Below, piece after piece: positions 39,341 to 54,081 of a stretch of DNA of 64,000 nucleotides. The notes under the pieces were generated by a model. The model had not been told where the DNA came from and searched no databases. It saw only the letters and a program-made list of their open reading frames with translations. Every line of letters starts with the position of its first letter. Position 1 is the stretch's first letter. Where the stretch lies: NCBI GenBank assembly GCA_047967505.1, contig CM106538.1; one strand, given 5' to 3'. Origin of the DNA: Dipteris shenzhenensis (taxonomy: Eukaryota). A program made the translations under genes and the position numbers.

Positions 39341-40226
39341 AAAAGAAGGAACGAACACACTCCTCTTGAACGATGATCACGATGAGGAAAAGAAGGAATG
39401 AACAGTTACATTGAAGGTGGGAGATTTTCTTGTCCTTTAGAAAACAAAGATAAAATTTCAAAAATAAGTGTAAAATAATAACACGTGGCTTCATGAGAGG
39501 CCAGATTTCTCTTTTATGTCACAATGCTACCTGCCTAAAGAAAAAGGTTCTGCAAAACTTTAAGGCTCATCTATTAGTCCTTTTGCTAAGAGTTGCTCGT
39601 CAAACCGAAGTATTCTTTGATCTCAAAAAATTAAACGTAGGACTTAAACAATCAAAGTCCATGGGCCAAAAAAATCATAGGGTAGAGCCTGCAAATGTGT
39701 TGATCAAACATGCATTAGCCCATTGCAAATGTTCGTTATGTATTACCTGTTCCAAATCATGCTATATTTCCACCCATTATAATACAGAGACACATAAAGG
39801 TGGACACTCCAAATTTAGTTAGAACATAAGTCCCTGACTCCCTTGTTTGAAGCTAGAGTTTACTTTACACCAAGCTTTTTCATGGTGAGCTTATGAGTAT
39901 TTCTAGAGTATCATGGAAAGTAGGCCTCTCTACATCCTCTCTATGCCTCAAGTGCATCTCTTCCTCATTTTTGAAATATGGCCTAGCTCATAATCCCTAG
40001 ATGAACAAACATTTCATGTCATGCCCATATTTTGCATAGATAAAGAAATTCACTAACTATCCAACTCGGTGGCTATGATGAAAAGAAGCCTTCTTGGAGA
40101 AAGGGATTTTGGATCTATCAACCTTCCTTGTTGAAATACAAACACAATGCAATGTTAAAACAATGGATGCATGAATAGGTAACCATGGCTCTATGTCATC
40201 ACATAGCTTGCTGACATAATATAAAA

Positions 40227-40937
40227 TATCTTTTAATGTGGCTTTGTCAAACCCAACATCATCCAACTTGCATATCCACACAAATTCCGATTATGAATTC
40301 AACCCTTCCAATCAAAATAATATGGTAGGTCATCATGTATTTACAAAGAAGCATGGGTATATTACATACTCATTGATCCAATTCATAGCTCTAGTTAGGG
40401 AAACCTCATCATCTGTAGTAGGTGCAATGAAGGAAGTTCTCACCAATATATGCATGTTGCCACCTTTCATTCCGCAAGGGGCACATCATTTCTTGAATAA
40501 TTTTCTTGCTTGCTCATGGATATCCCACATAATTATTTAAAAGAAAAGAATTCAAAGGGTAGTGTTGGGGTCGTCAAAGCCACATTAACATATCTTTTAA
40601 TGTGGCTTTGACAACCCCAACATCATCCAACTTGCACATCCACACAAATTTCGATTATGTATTCAACCCTTCCAATCAAAATAATATGGTACGTCATCAT
40701 GTATTTACAAAGAAGCATGGGTATATTTAAGAACATACTCATTGATCCAATTCATAGCTCCAGTTAGGGAAACCTCATCATCTGTAGTAGGTGCAATGAA
40801 GGAAGTTCTCACCAACATATGCATGTTGCCACCTTTCCTTCCACAAGGGGCACATCATTTCTTGAATAATTTTCTTGCTTGCTCATGGATATCCCACATA
40901 ATTATTTAAAAGAAAAGAATTCAAAGAGTAGTGTTGA
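40227..40937. repeat. Tandem duplication of about 340 bp with a hairpin at the junction
   Basis: 40227-40567 resembles 40590-40937. The inverted repeat 40563-40588 / 40597-40622 sits at the junction. Confidence 0.9.
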
Positions 40938-43389
40938 CTCATGACCCATAAATTGTGATGTTGGAGAAGACTTGTCAAACTTGGTAAAAACCATTCCCTT
41001 CAACTTGGGGTTCACACAAAGTTCCTCCTTATGATGTATTTCCCCTTCCATTTGAGAGCTATATGAACTATCATGTGGGTTGGTACAAATGTGTAAGTTG
41101 TAATCAACATAGCAATTGACATGCTTTGGCTTTTTAAGTCATGTAATTGAGCAAACTGAGATAGATATGATTTTGCTTTGGGTTTGGATTTCTCACCCTC
41201 CTTTGCACATCTTATATGTAAGATCATTTGGGCTAGATTTTATGTATTTATTTGATAAGGTTCTTACATAGTTGTTTGATCGGTTGTGGGGGCAATGTGC
41301 TTGAATTGGACTTCACCTACATCATGTAGATTAGAGATCGACTTAATCAAAGAAGTGTGAGGTTGAACATGACAAAATATACCTATATGGGGGTTTCTTT
41401 TCAAACAATTCCTTTCAATAAATCTTAGGCGATGGATCAAAGCATGCACTTGATAATTGGAAGATGGGTCCATCATCAATATTCTAAGCGAGAATCAGTG
41501 GTGGGTTTATTAGACTTAGAGGTTGTAATAGTTCAAATGTGCCCTTCTTGTAGAACATAAGTTTATTCTCTTGAAGAGCATAGAAGCTCCCAAGGCTTCC
41601 AAATTGGATTGGATCACCTTAATCCACAAAATGAGAGAATGAAGGAGCAAGGTTCCTTATATGCAAAGGTAGGGGAGGATTTCCCAAGGACTATTGAACT
41701 CATCTTTATCTTAATCACCCTTTTACTATTTGCAGCACCATACATAATTGAATGAGCAATGTTCTACACAAGGTTGAATGGGTATACTGATAGCTCAGAT
41801 GGAGTTTGAAGATCTCAATGGTGTTCACTAAATAACTATTTCCAAAGGCTCTAGCCCCTCTTAAAGCAAGACAATGTGTAGAAAGAGCCACTTGCAAAGA
41901 CGGGTCTGTGTGCATGGTTGCAATGGGTTGAGGAGGAGGAAGCCCATCAACTACTAATAGAGAAGATGATTAAATATAGGGTACCTAGCTCACCCCATCA
42001 ACTAACTAGATATAGTAAAGTCTTCACTATGAGGCTGCTAGCTCCATACGCATCCATGGGGTTGTTAGCTCCCTATTAAAATGTGATACCCCACACATAG
42101 CCTTTTCATGTTTCAATAGAGGTATTTAACACCGCTACAACCCCACTTGTATCAACCAACGAGGTGAGCAAGACCGAGTGGATTGAGTGCACAGAGGGTG
42201 AAGGTGCGAGTGATGAGTTTGATGGGAGGGCTCTCAAGGGAGGAGGGGTAAATTATGAGGACTAAAACTGTGTGCAACGCCGCACACAATTGAAAGGGAT
42301 TGAGGGAGTATCGCTTCTTGGATTCCACTTTCTTAGTGATTCTTGCTCTCGATGCTATCTTTGGTAGCTTTTGCTTCTTAATCCCTTTGTGTGGAACATT
42401 GTCAGCCTTCTATGCTCTCTTCTAGGCTCCTCCTCCTCCATTTAATGCCTTCCCTAAGTTGCCTCTACATCGTAGACTCTTTGCTACCGTTCATGGCAGA
42501 TTCTTTGCATCTTACTAATTGTCCATTGAGCTCAATGGAACTAATCTAAGTAATTTGGACCTCCTCTTAATGCCATCCACACCCAAGCCTTCACCCCAAG
42601 GGCTCAATCGTTTGAATATTTGTGTTGAGGTGATTGCTTACTGGATGTTTGTGGTCGACAGATGCATTTCTTTCTCTCCAACCGTTGTTGATTGTTGATG
42701 ATGTACACTCAAAAGAAGCATTAAATGTGATCAGTTAGATGGCCCTGCTCATGCAATCCAAGTTCCAAGTTCCAACTAAACAAGTAAGCAATTGATGACA
42801 ACACAAAGCTATCAACACATGACCTTAACTATTAAGCTGTGTGCGGCACCACACGTAGTTTTCTCTTCAAGCTTTTTTGGCTCTTGCAAGCTTTTTGCTT
42901 GTCTAGCTTCTTCTTTTACTTGCTATGTGAGGTGTGAAAAAATTCATGTTCTTTAGGTTGCTACCCACCGCACATAGTTGACAGGGGTTAAAAGATATGG
43001 AGCGGAGGAGATTTAACAAGAAACTTGAAAGATTAAAAAATCGGTGCACATGGAATGGGAGCCAAACTACCTTCATCTTTGGTTACAACTTGCTTATTGG
43101 TAGCAAAAACGTAATGGGATTGACGCCTTGAGAAAAACTATGTTTGTCAAAGACAAAACAGACAGCTTCTTACAATCAAATCCTTGTAGCAAGATCAAGA
43201 ATTAGGGGTACAAAAATAAGAGCATGGTGGCCGCAGCAAGTGACATTCCATGCTTGGACCAATGGACATCTTAGTGGGAGGACATGATCGTTGGGGTAGC
43301 TTCATGGTTAAAGAAAGTAACATCAATTTAAGTGTGAGTTCTATCTTCCTAAAGATCGCAATGCAATTTGAGTTGGGTTATTTGTAGGT

Positions 43390-44560
43390 GATGGACTATG
43401 AGGAACTTGTCAACACTTCAAAGATAACCTCGTTAGAATCCAAACATGGAAGTTGCTCAACGTTGAAGGGTTACATAAGACAAACATCATTATATGATAC
43501 TTGTGTTAGGGACTTGACTACTACATTGTTGTAAATTGCACAGTATGAGCAAGATGAAAGAGGATTGCTTTTTGGGTCAGTAGGTATCTCTTAAGAAAAC
43601 ATTTTGCATTGCATTGGTTAGACCAGATCACGTGTAAGCCCACATCAGGAAGTCAAATTTGCAAATTCTATAGTAGCTATTGCAGGTGTTAGCAATGACC
43701 GTACATATCTTCCTAGTGATTGTGAAAGTCTAGGAAGCAAATAAGAGGATCGAGGATTCATGATAGTCACATTGACATGGCTTTGAGTAGGTGGTGCATC
43801 CCTCAAGAGTACCCACAACATCTGTAGAATTCTTTGATAGTTGAAAGAGGACTTGACCTCCCTCCAGCACATGAGGTGAGTGGAGCATGAACAAGATATA
43901 GTTGATGTCTTTTGAGCCATACACAGAGTTGAGAGGACAAGTAAGGTGTGTTATCAATCATGCCTCGTGCATATTAGTCATGTGGAAAACTAATTAATGC
44001 GAAGATCAAAATGTGAAAAGTTTGACATCATGCTTTAATTGGGGCATAAGCAAGGTCAAAAGGTGAAATTCTTCTAGCTCTATGGAGGTGATGTCTCCCA
44101 TGCATGGTTACCAAGCGAAAGAATCATTAGTATGCCACCTAGAGTTGTGATCTAGCCTAAGTAAAAGAGAGTAAATTTGACATCCCGTAAAGCAAAAAAA
44201 TTGCATGCATCAGGCTTCATTCATCATATCCATGCTCCTTTCTAACATTAATGAAGGTATTGAATCCATAAGAAATAGGGCAAGTACAAAAAATATATCT
44301 AAAACAATTGCACCTCTTCCACTTGTCACAAAATGACGTGATGCTCTTCCATTTCAAAGGCTTTCATAGAGCTTATCGATCACTCATTTATGTTGCCAAC
44401 TTTAGTTACATCAGTTAGATGTTGATGAAGAGTTCTTGGTTGTGAAGATTAAATCCACATGTAGTTGTGAGGACTTCATACAACATATTTCACAAGCTTC
44501 ATTTGTTTCTTTGTACCTCATTCACATTTATTGTTGGGAACTAGTTACATGATGATAAAT
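43390..44560 (+). mobile_element. Possible SWIM-zinc-finger (MULE-like) transposase remnant
   Basis: TSLESKHGS...SLYDTCVRD near 43415-43515, and KSTCSCEDFIQ...HIY near 44450-44535 (SWIM-like CxC...H). Confidence 0.35.
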
Positions 44561-47500
44561 CAAGAGCACCTCACATCAATAGTCTTTCAAGTATTCACCT
44601 CTGGAAAGCTTATATGTGACAACCACAACAACCTAGCTTGATATCATGGATTTTTTCTGGTTATGCTTACTATACCTTTGAAGTGACAATTCATAATTTT
44701 GGGATGTTTTAAACCTTTGATAGGAAATGCTATGTAGCTTTAATCTTTGTATTATATCTATCGAATCCTTCTAGTTCTCAAAATCATGATGCTTATGAAT
44801 CAAAGAAATTGATAGTAGGATATGAAAGAGCATGGACTTAATTTGAGCATTGCATTGCAACCATGCTCAAGAGAGGACCATTGCAACTTTGTTTGAACAT
44901 TTCATTGCAATAGTCTGCATGGATTGTAATTTTATGGTTGAAATGAATGTGACCTATAATGTATGACTTTGAAAAAGGCAAAAAAACTCTCAAACTCACT
45001 GTAAAAAAACTCGCAAAAAAACCACCCCCTTTGAAGCTTTGCAATTTGGGCATTGTGTCCTTGTGGTCTACCTTGTCTCTACTGCCTTCCAAGATCCAAG
45101 GTGCTTTTAAGTGCAATTAAATGAAGCATAAGTCAAAACATTTGGCAAAATAAACAAATGTAATGTTCACTTCCTGTATTCAACCTAAGGATCATCGTGC
45201 ATTTGATGTACACTTTGCCAGCATTGAGGCTTGCAAGTCAGTAGCCTCTCGCAGGAAGAAAGCCAAGCAAAAAACAAGAGTAGACGAAGGCAAGGTATTC
45301 ATATTGCCTGAAGTGTTTACACATCCCCCACGATCCACAAAAGTTCATGAATGTTGAATATTACGTTGAACTATGTGTGTGAGTCATGCGAAACGAAGGA
45401 AAGGCTTCAAGCAAGACATTTCCTCAAGTATAACCATCACTCAAAACAAAGTAAGGATTCAGATAACGAAGGAAAGATTTTGACCCAAGGGCGACTCGTT
45501 GAGCATGAAGCTTTTTTAGCTAAGACAAGCAGAAGTTTAAGTCTCCACTCCTTTGCCTCGGTCTCTCACAAATGGTTGTATGCCTATGGGCTACAAATAT
45601 TTTAATTAGCAAAGGGCTGAGACTATCTATGTTATTAGGTGAAGTGCGAAATGAAGTTGACGAAAACAAACAGATTCTGCTCAAAGCATTGTGCATAATT
45701 GAATAGAGAGGCCTTGATTACATTCTTGACAAAGTGGGGCTTGGGATTCCAACTATCCATCCACTAGCAACAATGTTCAATGAAGTTCTGAATCCTGATC
45801 CGCCGTTTTGAGACCCGCCGGGCTCAATTCTTTGAGCAGTGTGTTAGAAGATTTGGCTCTTAGACAAAAGGTCTCCGTGCTCCTCGAGCAATGCACAAGG
45901 TTTTCCAAACCAAAAGCTCATAGCATTAAGTTCTAGGCTTCTCCCCCATTTTTCTCATGAATGATTTGGAAGGGCATTGGGGGGCAGGACTATGAATTTC
46001 CTCTGTCTCCCTTGCTTATGAATCCCACCATTGACACAACACGCCAAAGGAACCATTACGGTAAGTCATTACTAACATCTGGTCCAAATACTCACTCTAA
46101 AGTACACCACTCACAATCAAACCATGGTGCAAAGTTATCCTTAAATTTACATTTTACACCTAAAGTTGTGTCGCAAAACCTTGTATAGAAGGGCCTAGTA
46201 GTTATATAGTGGTATAGGCTTATCTACAATAAGTTGTCCTTAACAATTTCTACATTATAAGAGCCATGCCATATAAAAGAATGGCACTAATGAAATCAAA
46301 GAATCTAGGCTGAAAGTTGTCAAATTATCATCCACTCAATGAATTGTGACTAATATGAAAGGGATGAATTTTATAAAATGTAATCCTTATTTATAACATG
46401 AATCATCCCTTGCAAACTCACCTCTCTTGCATATAATGCTTGGAGACAATTGAACTTTTCCTACCACCCCCCAGGAGATTGTGCATGTGCTCATTTGTGG
46501 CATTCATGCTATTCTCAATCTGGGTAATCCTCAAATCGATAGTTTTCACGGTTGTGCCCATTCCCTCTCACATTGCTCCACATTATCTGAATGGATTTAG
46601 CCCCATAAGGAGTGTAGATATGTTGTGTTAATTGAATTCACTGCTCAGTATGCTCACACATATCCTAAATGGACTTTAATTGTTTTGCAACAATGATAGC
46701 AAGTTGCCCCGACTATGAATGACACCTAGTGGTGTGTTTGGTTGTACAGGCGGATGACCATGCCCTTTGAAGAAATCTCATTGTACGGAGACATCGGCAT
46801 TCACTTATGGACTTTAGATGTTGTGCAATAGCAATGGTGTTTTGTCTAAGAGATGACAGGCACTTAAATGTCTGTTTGGTTGCATAGGTAGAAGATCCTC
46901 CCCTTGCGAGTCGTTTCATTGTTAGAAGACATTGTCACTCATGGATGGTTGACATCTTGATATGGTAATTTTTCGCTACTATTAAACTAAGCATTTTTGT
47001 ACCTCAATAGTCGAGGCTATATTTGGGATCGCTTGTATTGCCAATTCTGCCAGCATTAGTCTTACCATCAGTGGTCATCTTGGTCGAATGTATGATCGAG
47101 TTGCTTAAAGTAGGGATATGCAAGTCTAATAGGAGGCACATTAGGAACTCGATAAAACCAAAGATTCAAGGGTTGTCTTGGAAGTAGCATCATTCTCATG
47201 TAGTGGCATAATGGGCATGTTTTTGAATTGTTCATGTAGATTTTCCTTCAAGAGAAAAGAATGCTTGGCCTTGACACTTTGGTTTTGTATATCAAAGAAG
47301 ATTTAGGTAGACTGTTGTGTACTTATGTTAAAGTTTTGGGCACTCAAGCGGAAACGCGACACCTTAAGCATAGGAGAAATAGAAAGAGATTACACAAGCT
47401 TGGCCTACCTTGAATCTGTTGGATACACGATCCACCTGGAATTTGTTGTAGCTTGCTAAACATAGGCTCTTGAGGTTTGCACCGAAATATATGTTTGCAT

Positions 47501-50500
47501 TACTCAAATGTGCAGGAAGGATTGTAGACAATGTCAATGGATTACGAAAAGTAGAATGCCTGACTCTACCGCTCTAAGTCCCCAAACACATCCTCCTCGT
47601 GACGGATTGTTGAAAGTCAAATGATTGAACGTGGTGGGATCTACTAGCAATAGTGAGAAGCTACATAACCTTGTTACAAATGCACATTTCAAACATGGTG
47701 ACACACTCCATATATGTCTACCCTCAATTCCGTAGATTGGGTAGAGAGGAGCTCTGCAAGAAGTAAGGAAGGATCAATGCTTCGTGACGAAAAAAAGGCT
47801 GAAGGAGGAGACAGAGAATCAACTCCGTGGCTGTTGTGGACGTGAAAAGGCCCAACGCTCATGTCCCTCATCCACAGCCTTGACCATCCCTTCCCACTTT
47901 GTCCCTTCCAACCACCCCATCTTCCCCTCCCCTCAGCTCCCTCCCCACCTCGCTCCATCATCCTGTAGTTCATCCTTTTCGAGTTCCAAAGAACACTCAC
48001 TGATGGATGTGTCACTATGTATTGAATTTGATGCATCATTAATTTTTGTCTGGCCTTTTAACAGCAAAGAGCATTGTTCGTCTGTGATTAAGAAAAGCTT
48101 TTGCTAGCCCCCTCTTGCCATCCTCTTGCATGCTTGGAGAATTGATGACGATGCCATAGGAAGGCGAAGGATTTAACGCAATGTTCTATATCTAGTGCAT
48201 CGTTAATTTTCATTTGGCCTTTTGACAGCAAAAGAGCATTGTCCGTTTGTAATTAAGAAAAGCCCCTCTTCCATGCTTGGAAAGTTGATGATGAGCCATA
48301 AGAAGGCAAAGGGTTAATTCGGGTAAACACTACTTTATGCGCACAAAAGAATTTGAGAGATACGATATGATACAATATTAATTTGAAATCTTGCCCTTAC
48401 TGCATCCAAGGGCAGAAGATGATGAAAAAATCGTAAGTAGCAATGTTAGTGAGAACGACTGATGATCCAATACAAATGTTTTGAAACATTACCAGTAGGT
48501 TATCACCATTGAGACAACGTAGCATACTATCGTCATATTGAACTCAAGCTGTGAATGCTCAAAAAATGGAAGATCCAGAGCAAGTAATGATTCATAGCAA
48601 CAATAAGCCACCTTCAAAACACAGCAAGTAGTGATTCACAGCAACAATAAGCCACCTTCAAAACACAATCTGCAGGCCTTCGTTCAAGGAAAATAGAGCC
48701 AATAAGCTCACCCAAAATTGTGCTCATGAGGGGTCTTAACTTTGCCTTCTTCAATGCAACGTTCTATAGAAAAAATAACGACAAAGCTTCTGGATCATTA
48801 CTTTTCACAGCTGATTTCATAGGCAACTACGACGCCGCGATACGACTGTTTTATAATCCTATGTGCTAAAAGCTCTACTTTTCACATGACTTAGACCACA
48901 ATAAAGAGCTCAATGATAAGCATATCAGTGAACACAGGTCTGTGGCTCACGAACGAAGGTCTGTAGAAGTCTCTTGCAATGATAGCCCCTCCTGCACTCC
49001 CTCAGCATAAGTTAGCTATACCACGGTTGATGTTACTGATCATAATAGAGCGCCCAAGTCGTTTCTCGATTGACCCCAACCCCTTCCTTTTGTACAACAC
49101 AATCATTCCATTTCCCATCTACCCTTCTATAACACTTATTTGTATTCATACAGGAAAGAGATGATCTGGAAAAACCTTAGTGAATCTCCAATCGTCTGTA
49201 AGCTTTAGATAAATCAACCGAATGCTTGTCAATGCACCCAAAGGAGATATCGAAATGCTTGAGTGAGCATGTGAAGCCAACACGTACAACGACGGTAGAA
49301 AGTTGTTGATGCACTTTGAAAAGCAAAAAAAAAACAAAACTTCACAAGAGCGTCCGAAACGAAGAGTAAGCAATCTGATTTGCTTGCATCATTGTGCGGG
49401 TTGTGGTCATGGAGCTGACTCCTCATTGTGCGTGACTATGGGAAGGCGTATGGAAAGGATGTTGGCTGAGCTTGTGAGGAGCCATATACATGACACGTGG
49501 CAAAGTGTATGAGTGCCACATGGATCTTTCAAAATAAGGTAGTCTAGAATTTCAAAATAAGGTAGCAAAGAAAGCCATACTCTCGCTTGGATTTGTAGCT
49601 AACGAGCACTCATTGCAAGCATCCATCCCTGTTTTCTGGCAAGGGCAGCGGAAGCGTAGTATCTTTAGTAGGTATTTGCTTAAAGGCAAATCAAGCCTGC
49701 CACCTAAGTTAAATTTCCATAACAAGTGAATGATAAAAAAAATAATCGCATTGCTTAGACACATGCGGTTTTTTTATCTCATGTGCTTCGTACCGCACAT
49801 ACAACTCTATTGCGGCTTGCAAATCTTTTGAGCTAACGTTCCTGCTCATAATCTTTTAGGCAGTAACCCAGCATCCCATGATAAGTATGCATATTCCGCT
49901 GCTTGAGAGCCCGACACATGACTAAGCCACCTTTTGGCGTCAACCAAGATATTTTTGAATCATCTTATTTACACTCTGTATACTTCGAGTAGAAACATGG
50001 ATTACCATTTGTAGATGCAAATGAGACATTTGCATGTCGAGATTCTACTCCCTTAACTCAAAATCATCGCCTCCTACTCCCTTAACTCAAAAACATTTGC
50101 CCTCGACCTTGTAGACCTTCCGGTCGTCCTTCTCGTCCTGCAACGCCGAAAAACCGTCAATAGAAACTACACACATACAACCCATTCCACTTACTCCTGC
50201 ATCGCAATTACATCACCCACAACTCGTGCTTCCATCTTCTTCAAAGGTGATAGCGGAAGTGAGCGAGAGAGGAGGGCACACGATCTAGCTACCTGTATTG
50301 CGATCCTCTTCCGTCTCAACAAAAGGCCGCTCTCCATCGCCATCCTCATTCGTCTCTAGCACACCGCGACGCCTAGCAATACTCTGCACCCTCATCCTCG
50401 CACCTTTAATGCATCTGCACCTCGAGCTCCATCTATGCAACGACACCTTTATGCCCACAAGACCAAACTGATGAAACTCTCGCCAAGCAGTAGAGACACT

Positions 50501-51029
50501 TCCCACGTGGCCCACCATGCAACCTCTCCCCGCGGCCAAAAAACACCAACTAATGAATTAATTAATAGGTGCCAATTGCTTTTAAGCAAGACTGAAACAT
50601 ATGGGAGCTTTTAGACGAACGGCCATACACGTGGCTATGATTTTGGATTTACTTCCAAGTTCCCGGGCGGCTATAAAAACTACAAAGAAGATGACGTTCG
50701 AGGGCGGTCGGCGAAGATGAAGAAGATGAAGAAGGTCGCGAAGTTCTCGACTTGTTCTTCCTGTCGGGGGATGTTGTGGGCGCTGGGTGGAAAAGAAATC
50801 CCGAAATCGGTAGCTCTCCTTTCCAAGGTTGCTCCCTACAAACGTCACCGATCGGCTGAGCAGTATCACGAGTGGCGGCGACTGGAGAAGGAGGAGCTGG
50901 AGAGGGAGAGGGTGGAGCAAAAGGAGCTGGAGACGGAGAGGGAGGAACATTAGGCGGCTGCGGAAAGCGTAGTTGCCAAAAGATCGGCATGGCTTCCCTC
51001 TTGTCAAGAAGAAGAAGAAGAAGAAGAAG

Positions 51030-51690
51030 AAGAGTCTAAAGGAGGCGGCAGCAGCAACAGCCACGATTTGTTGCCTTTTGGCGAAGCACCTTCAGCAATG
51101 GTACATTTTACGCTATCGATAATGATGTGCGTTTCTTTCTCTCTTACAATGTGGAGACGGATTCTTGGACGGAGAGAAGAGTGAAGCGGCCTCAAGAGTT
51201 AGACTGGATGGATTATGTGGAGAATGTGGGCCGCCTCCTGGTTGTCGTGGAATGCCAAGGTCGGCCCTTCTTGGTTGCCAGACTCCAGCGAGGGTGCGGT
51301 CTGGGAACGCTCAAGCCACGGTTTTCAGTGGGAAGCGCGCCCATGACTCTTCATAATATCTTAGGGCTTTGGGAGCTCCGGAGTCCGCACCTATAGAGGT
51401 GACCGCTACAGATCGAAACTCGTGACGACCACGCCGCAGAATTGGATGGAGGGCCTGGTCGTAGCCTCCGACGGCAATGACTTTCTGCCTGCAAGCGACG
51501 GCGACTCTTGCATCTGGCTGGTTTTGTCAGGGAGTCATAGCGTGCTCACCTATAATATCAACTCTGGAAAGTGGTGCCTGCATCTGAGGACATCCTAGAT
51601 CCACTGCAAAGAAAGGCCTTTTTTACCCCCTTAATCTGGACATCGTCAGTCTGAATCCATCCCCACGTTTTGCGAGCCCTGCCTCTATCA
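51030..51690 (+). pseudogene. F-box/kelch-like beta-propeller C-terminal region (plant F-box family), frameshifted
   Basis: FSNGTFYAID...FLSYNVETDSW...VVECQGRPFLVAR...LGLWEL, then after a frameshift LVTTTPQNW...IWLVLSGSHSVLTYNINSGKW...FCEPCL. The region is GC- and CpG-rich. Confidence 0.6.
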
Positions 51691-54081
51691 GAAGGAATGC
51701 CCCATGGCCCCGGGGCTCGCATGCTCTGTGATGGATGGCTCTTCCTCTCGTTGATGCTGGTCAGGTCTCACTATCGCACATTTAATCACTCTCGTTAATT
51801 AGCCATGTTGATAGTTTTATCGCAATGAATGTCGTAGAGATCCAAAGTCTTTCACTTCTGTGGTTCATGTGTGTTTATATTCCATCATTACGATGCCCAT
51901 TTTCATTTCTGCTGCATTCAGCAAGTGAGGTGGACCTTACATGAATTGGTGCTTGTCAAGCATACTGTACGCGGTCTGTGGCTCTTGTGCACTATTGCGC
52001 ATTGGATACTAGATTTTTTCTTACCAATGATCAGTTGTTCAAGCATCACGGTGGAGACTTCAAAATAGAGGTCAGTCTTGACAGGATAGTGGATATCGAA
52101 GAAACTGCATGGGACACCGTCCTTCAGCATAAACAAAATCCTATTCACCTCCTCTCCTGAAAGCATGCAGACAAAAACTTTTCTACCTCGTGCCAAGTCT
52201 GGACTCTTGTAATGAGAGGGTGTATAGGCCCCTCAGGGGTTTTGCTCCATGGATAACTGTTGTTATGGTCAAACAAAAGTACCTCAATTCCATGCTTTGC
52301 ACTCCACTGCATATCGTGGATTGTCATCAATCAATAATTGGGCTCCTATGGACCTGCACATTGCAGTTATCTTTAAAATGAGCAGTAGCTGTAAAGTAGT
52401 TTACATGCATGGAAATGCAAACGTACTCTTCTTTCCAACGTTTCAATTACTGCAAACCAAATAATGAAAAGCTGAAATTTCTACAATTTGAACATTACAG
52501 CACAGATCAACTACCAAGAATTGAAATGATGAGAGAGCTAAATTGAGAAATAAAAGCATTCCCTCTTGTACAAAGATGAAAGCAACTGGTTAAATTCAGA
52601 ATCATGAGAAATGTTTGTCAACGTAAGACATTATTTCATATTCAAAGCAGCAAATTCAGATCAATGTTGTGCAATCATAGATATTGTGTTGAAGTCAATG
52701 TTCAACCCTCAGGGTCCATTTTGGGGAACATGGAGTCGTCGTTTAGACTGAGTGCAAGGTTGAATTGATCAACAAGAAAGGCCAAGGTGGGGTGAACCAT
52801 AAATATAGTAATGCCCAAGTACAAACTATAGCCTAAAAATGTTGAAAACATCTTCAGCAAACAAGCTCTGAGGTGAGCCACCAAAATAGGCTTTGTTTGC
52901 TGATCCTTTACTGTACACCTCTCCTAGATTACCACTTGTCCTCAATGGACTTCACTGGCTGCTCAAAGTGAGTCTGCTACTGCTCTTCCTGTGCACCATG
53001 ATCCAGCTCTTCTACAGTGGGTAGATTTGCCCTTTTGTGTGCTCCTGGACTGTCCAAAGGCTCCTTAACTGTTCGCACTACCGATAGGATAGTGGCTTTC
53101 GTCCAACTTCCCTGACTCTCCGAAGTTTGGATGAGTGGGTAGGATCCCATATCTTGGTGAGAAGTCAGTTGACCTATCCTGCACTAGCTACAAGCCACAC
53201 AAGCACTTCTGAATGTGAGAGCTCCTTCCACTTCAGCAAGGACTCCACCCTTTAGTGTGAAGATGGCTCCCATCTTTGATCTTAGGCTTCGTGTCACAAG
53301 AAAGGCTACAGCATTGTAGTTAAGAGTCAAGACTCAAGACTCAAGACTCAAGAGTTAAGAGCTTGCAAGTCACAACTTTAAAGTTTAAAGTTTAAACTGA
53401 CAATTGGTATTCAAAAATCCAAATAACAAATTCACAAGAGTCTAGAGGGGTACATAGATGGCAGATCTATAATCATAGACTAGTACGATAGATGCTAATA
53501 GCCAATCCCAAAATTCAGGACAGAGGAAGAAGACTACACGGCTGTATAGACTATATGGTAAATTATAACTTCTGCAGAATGGTCCAGATTTGCTATTTAG
53601 CAGCCAGCGTGGTGTTGGCTTTGGAGCAGACTGGCAATACGACGCATTGCGTGTCTAATTTCATCGTGTGTAAAGAAAGTTGCGGCATCGGGTCAAAGTA
53701 AAAAATATAAGGCTTTTTAGTATTTCATTGCAAGCATGTCTATATGTCTTATAGAAAAGCATGTGGCTTAACGTTAGACACACGAATCTTATTTCATTGC
53801 AAGCATGTCTATATGTCTTATAGAAAAGTATGTGTCTTAACGTTAGACTCCTCCACCTCCAAAGACATAATTGTGGATTATTTTTAGACCCTTAGTAGCA
53901 TGACTAGAAGGTTTTCAAGGTTAACAACCAATCACAAGTTGCTTTGCTATCTTCAAATGAACTATAAGTATTTGTAGTTCTTTGTTCTAAAGCAAGTTTT
54001 TGAACTAATCATTGCTTGGAATGACTGCCCAATACTTGTAACTATCTTTTCTATCAAAGGTTTAGCACACAATTGGAGCCT

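Noticed and set aside
42265-42862. Imperfect ~31-bp inverted repeats that might bound a MITE
   Set aside because: Several mismatches and no clear TSD.
45600-46620. L1-like LINE fragments (WSNVRG, VWKTLC) on the minus strand
   Set aside because: Only isolated short motifs, too degenerate to call.
47400-49500. Possible multi-exon gene on the minus strand (several AG/GT-bounded blocks, for example about 48712-48766)
   Set aside because: I could not assemble a consistent open frame or recognise a protein.
51880-52400. Possible NYN-like nuclease fragment (CMLSG / DFVYA)
   Set aside because: The motif pieces lie in different frames and are too short to support a call.
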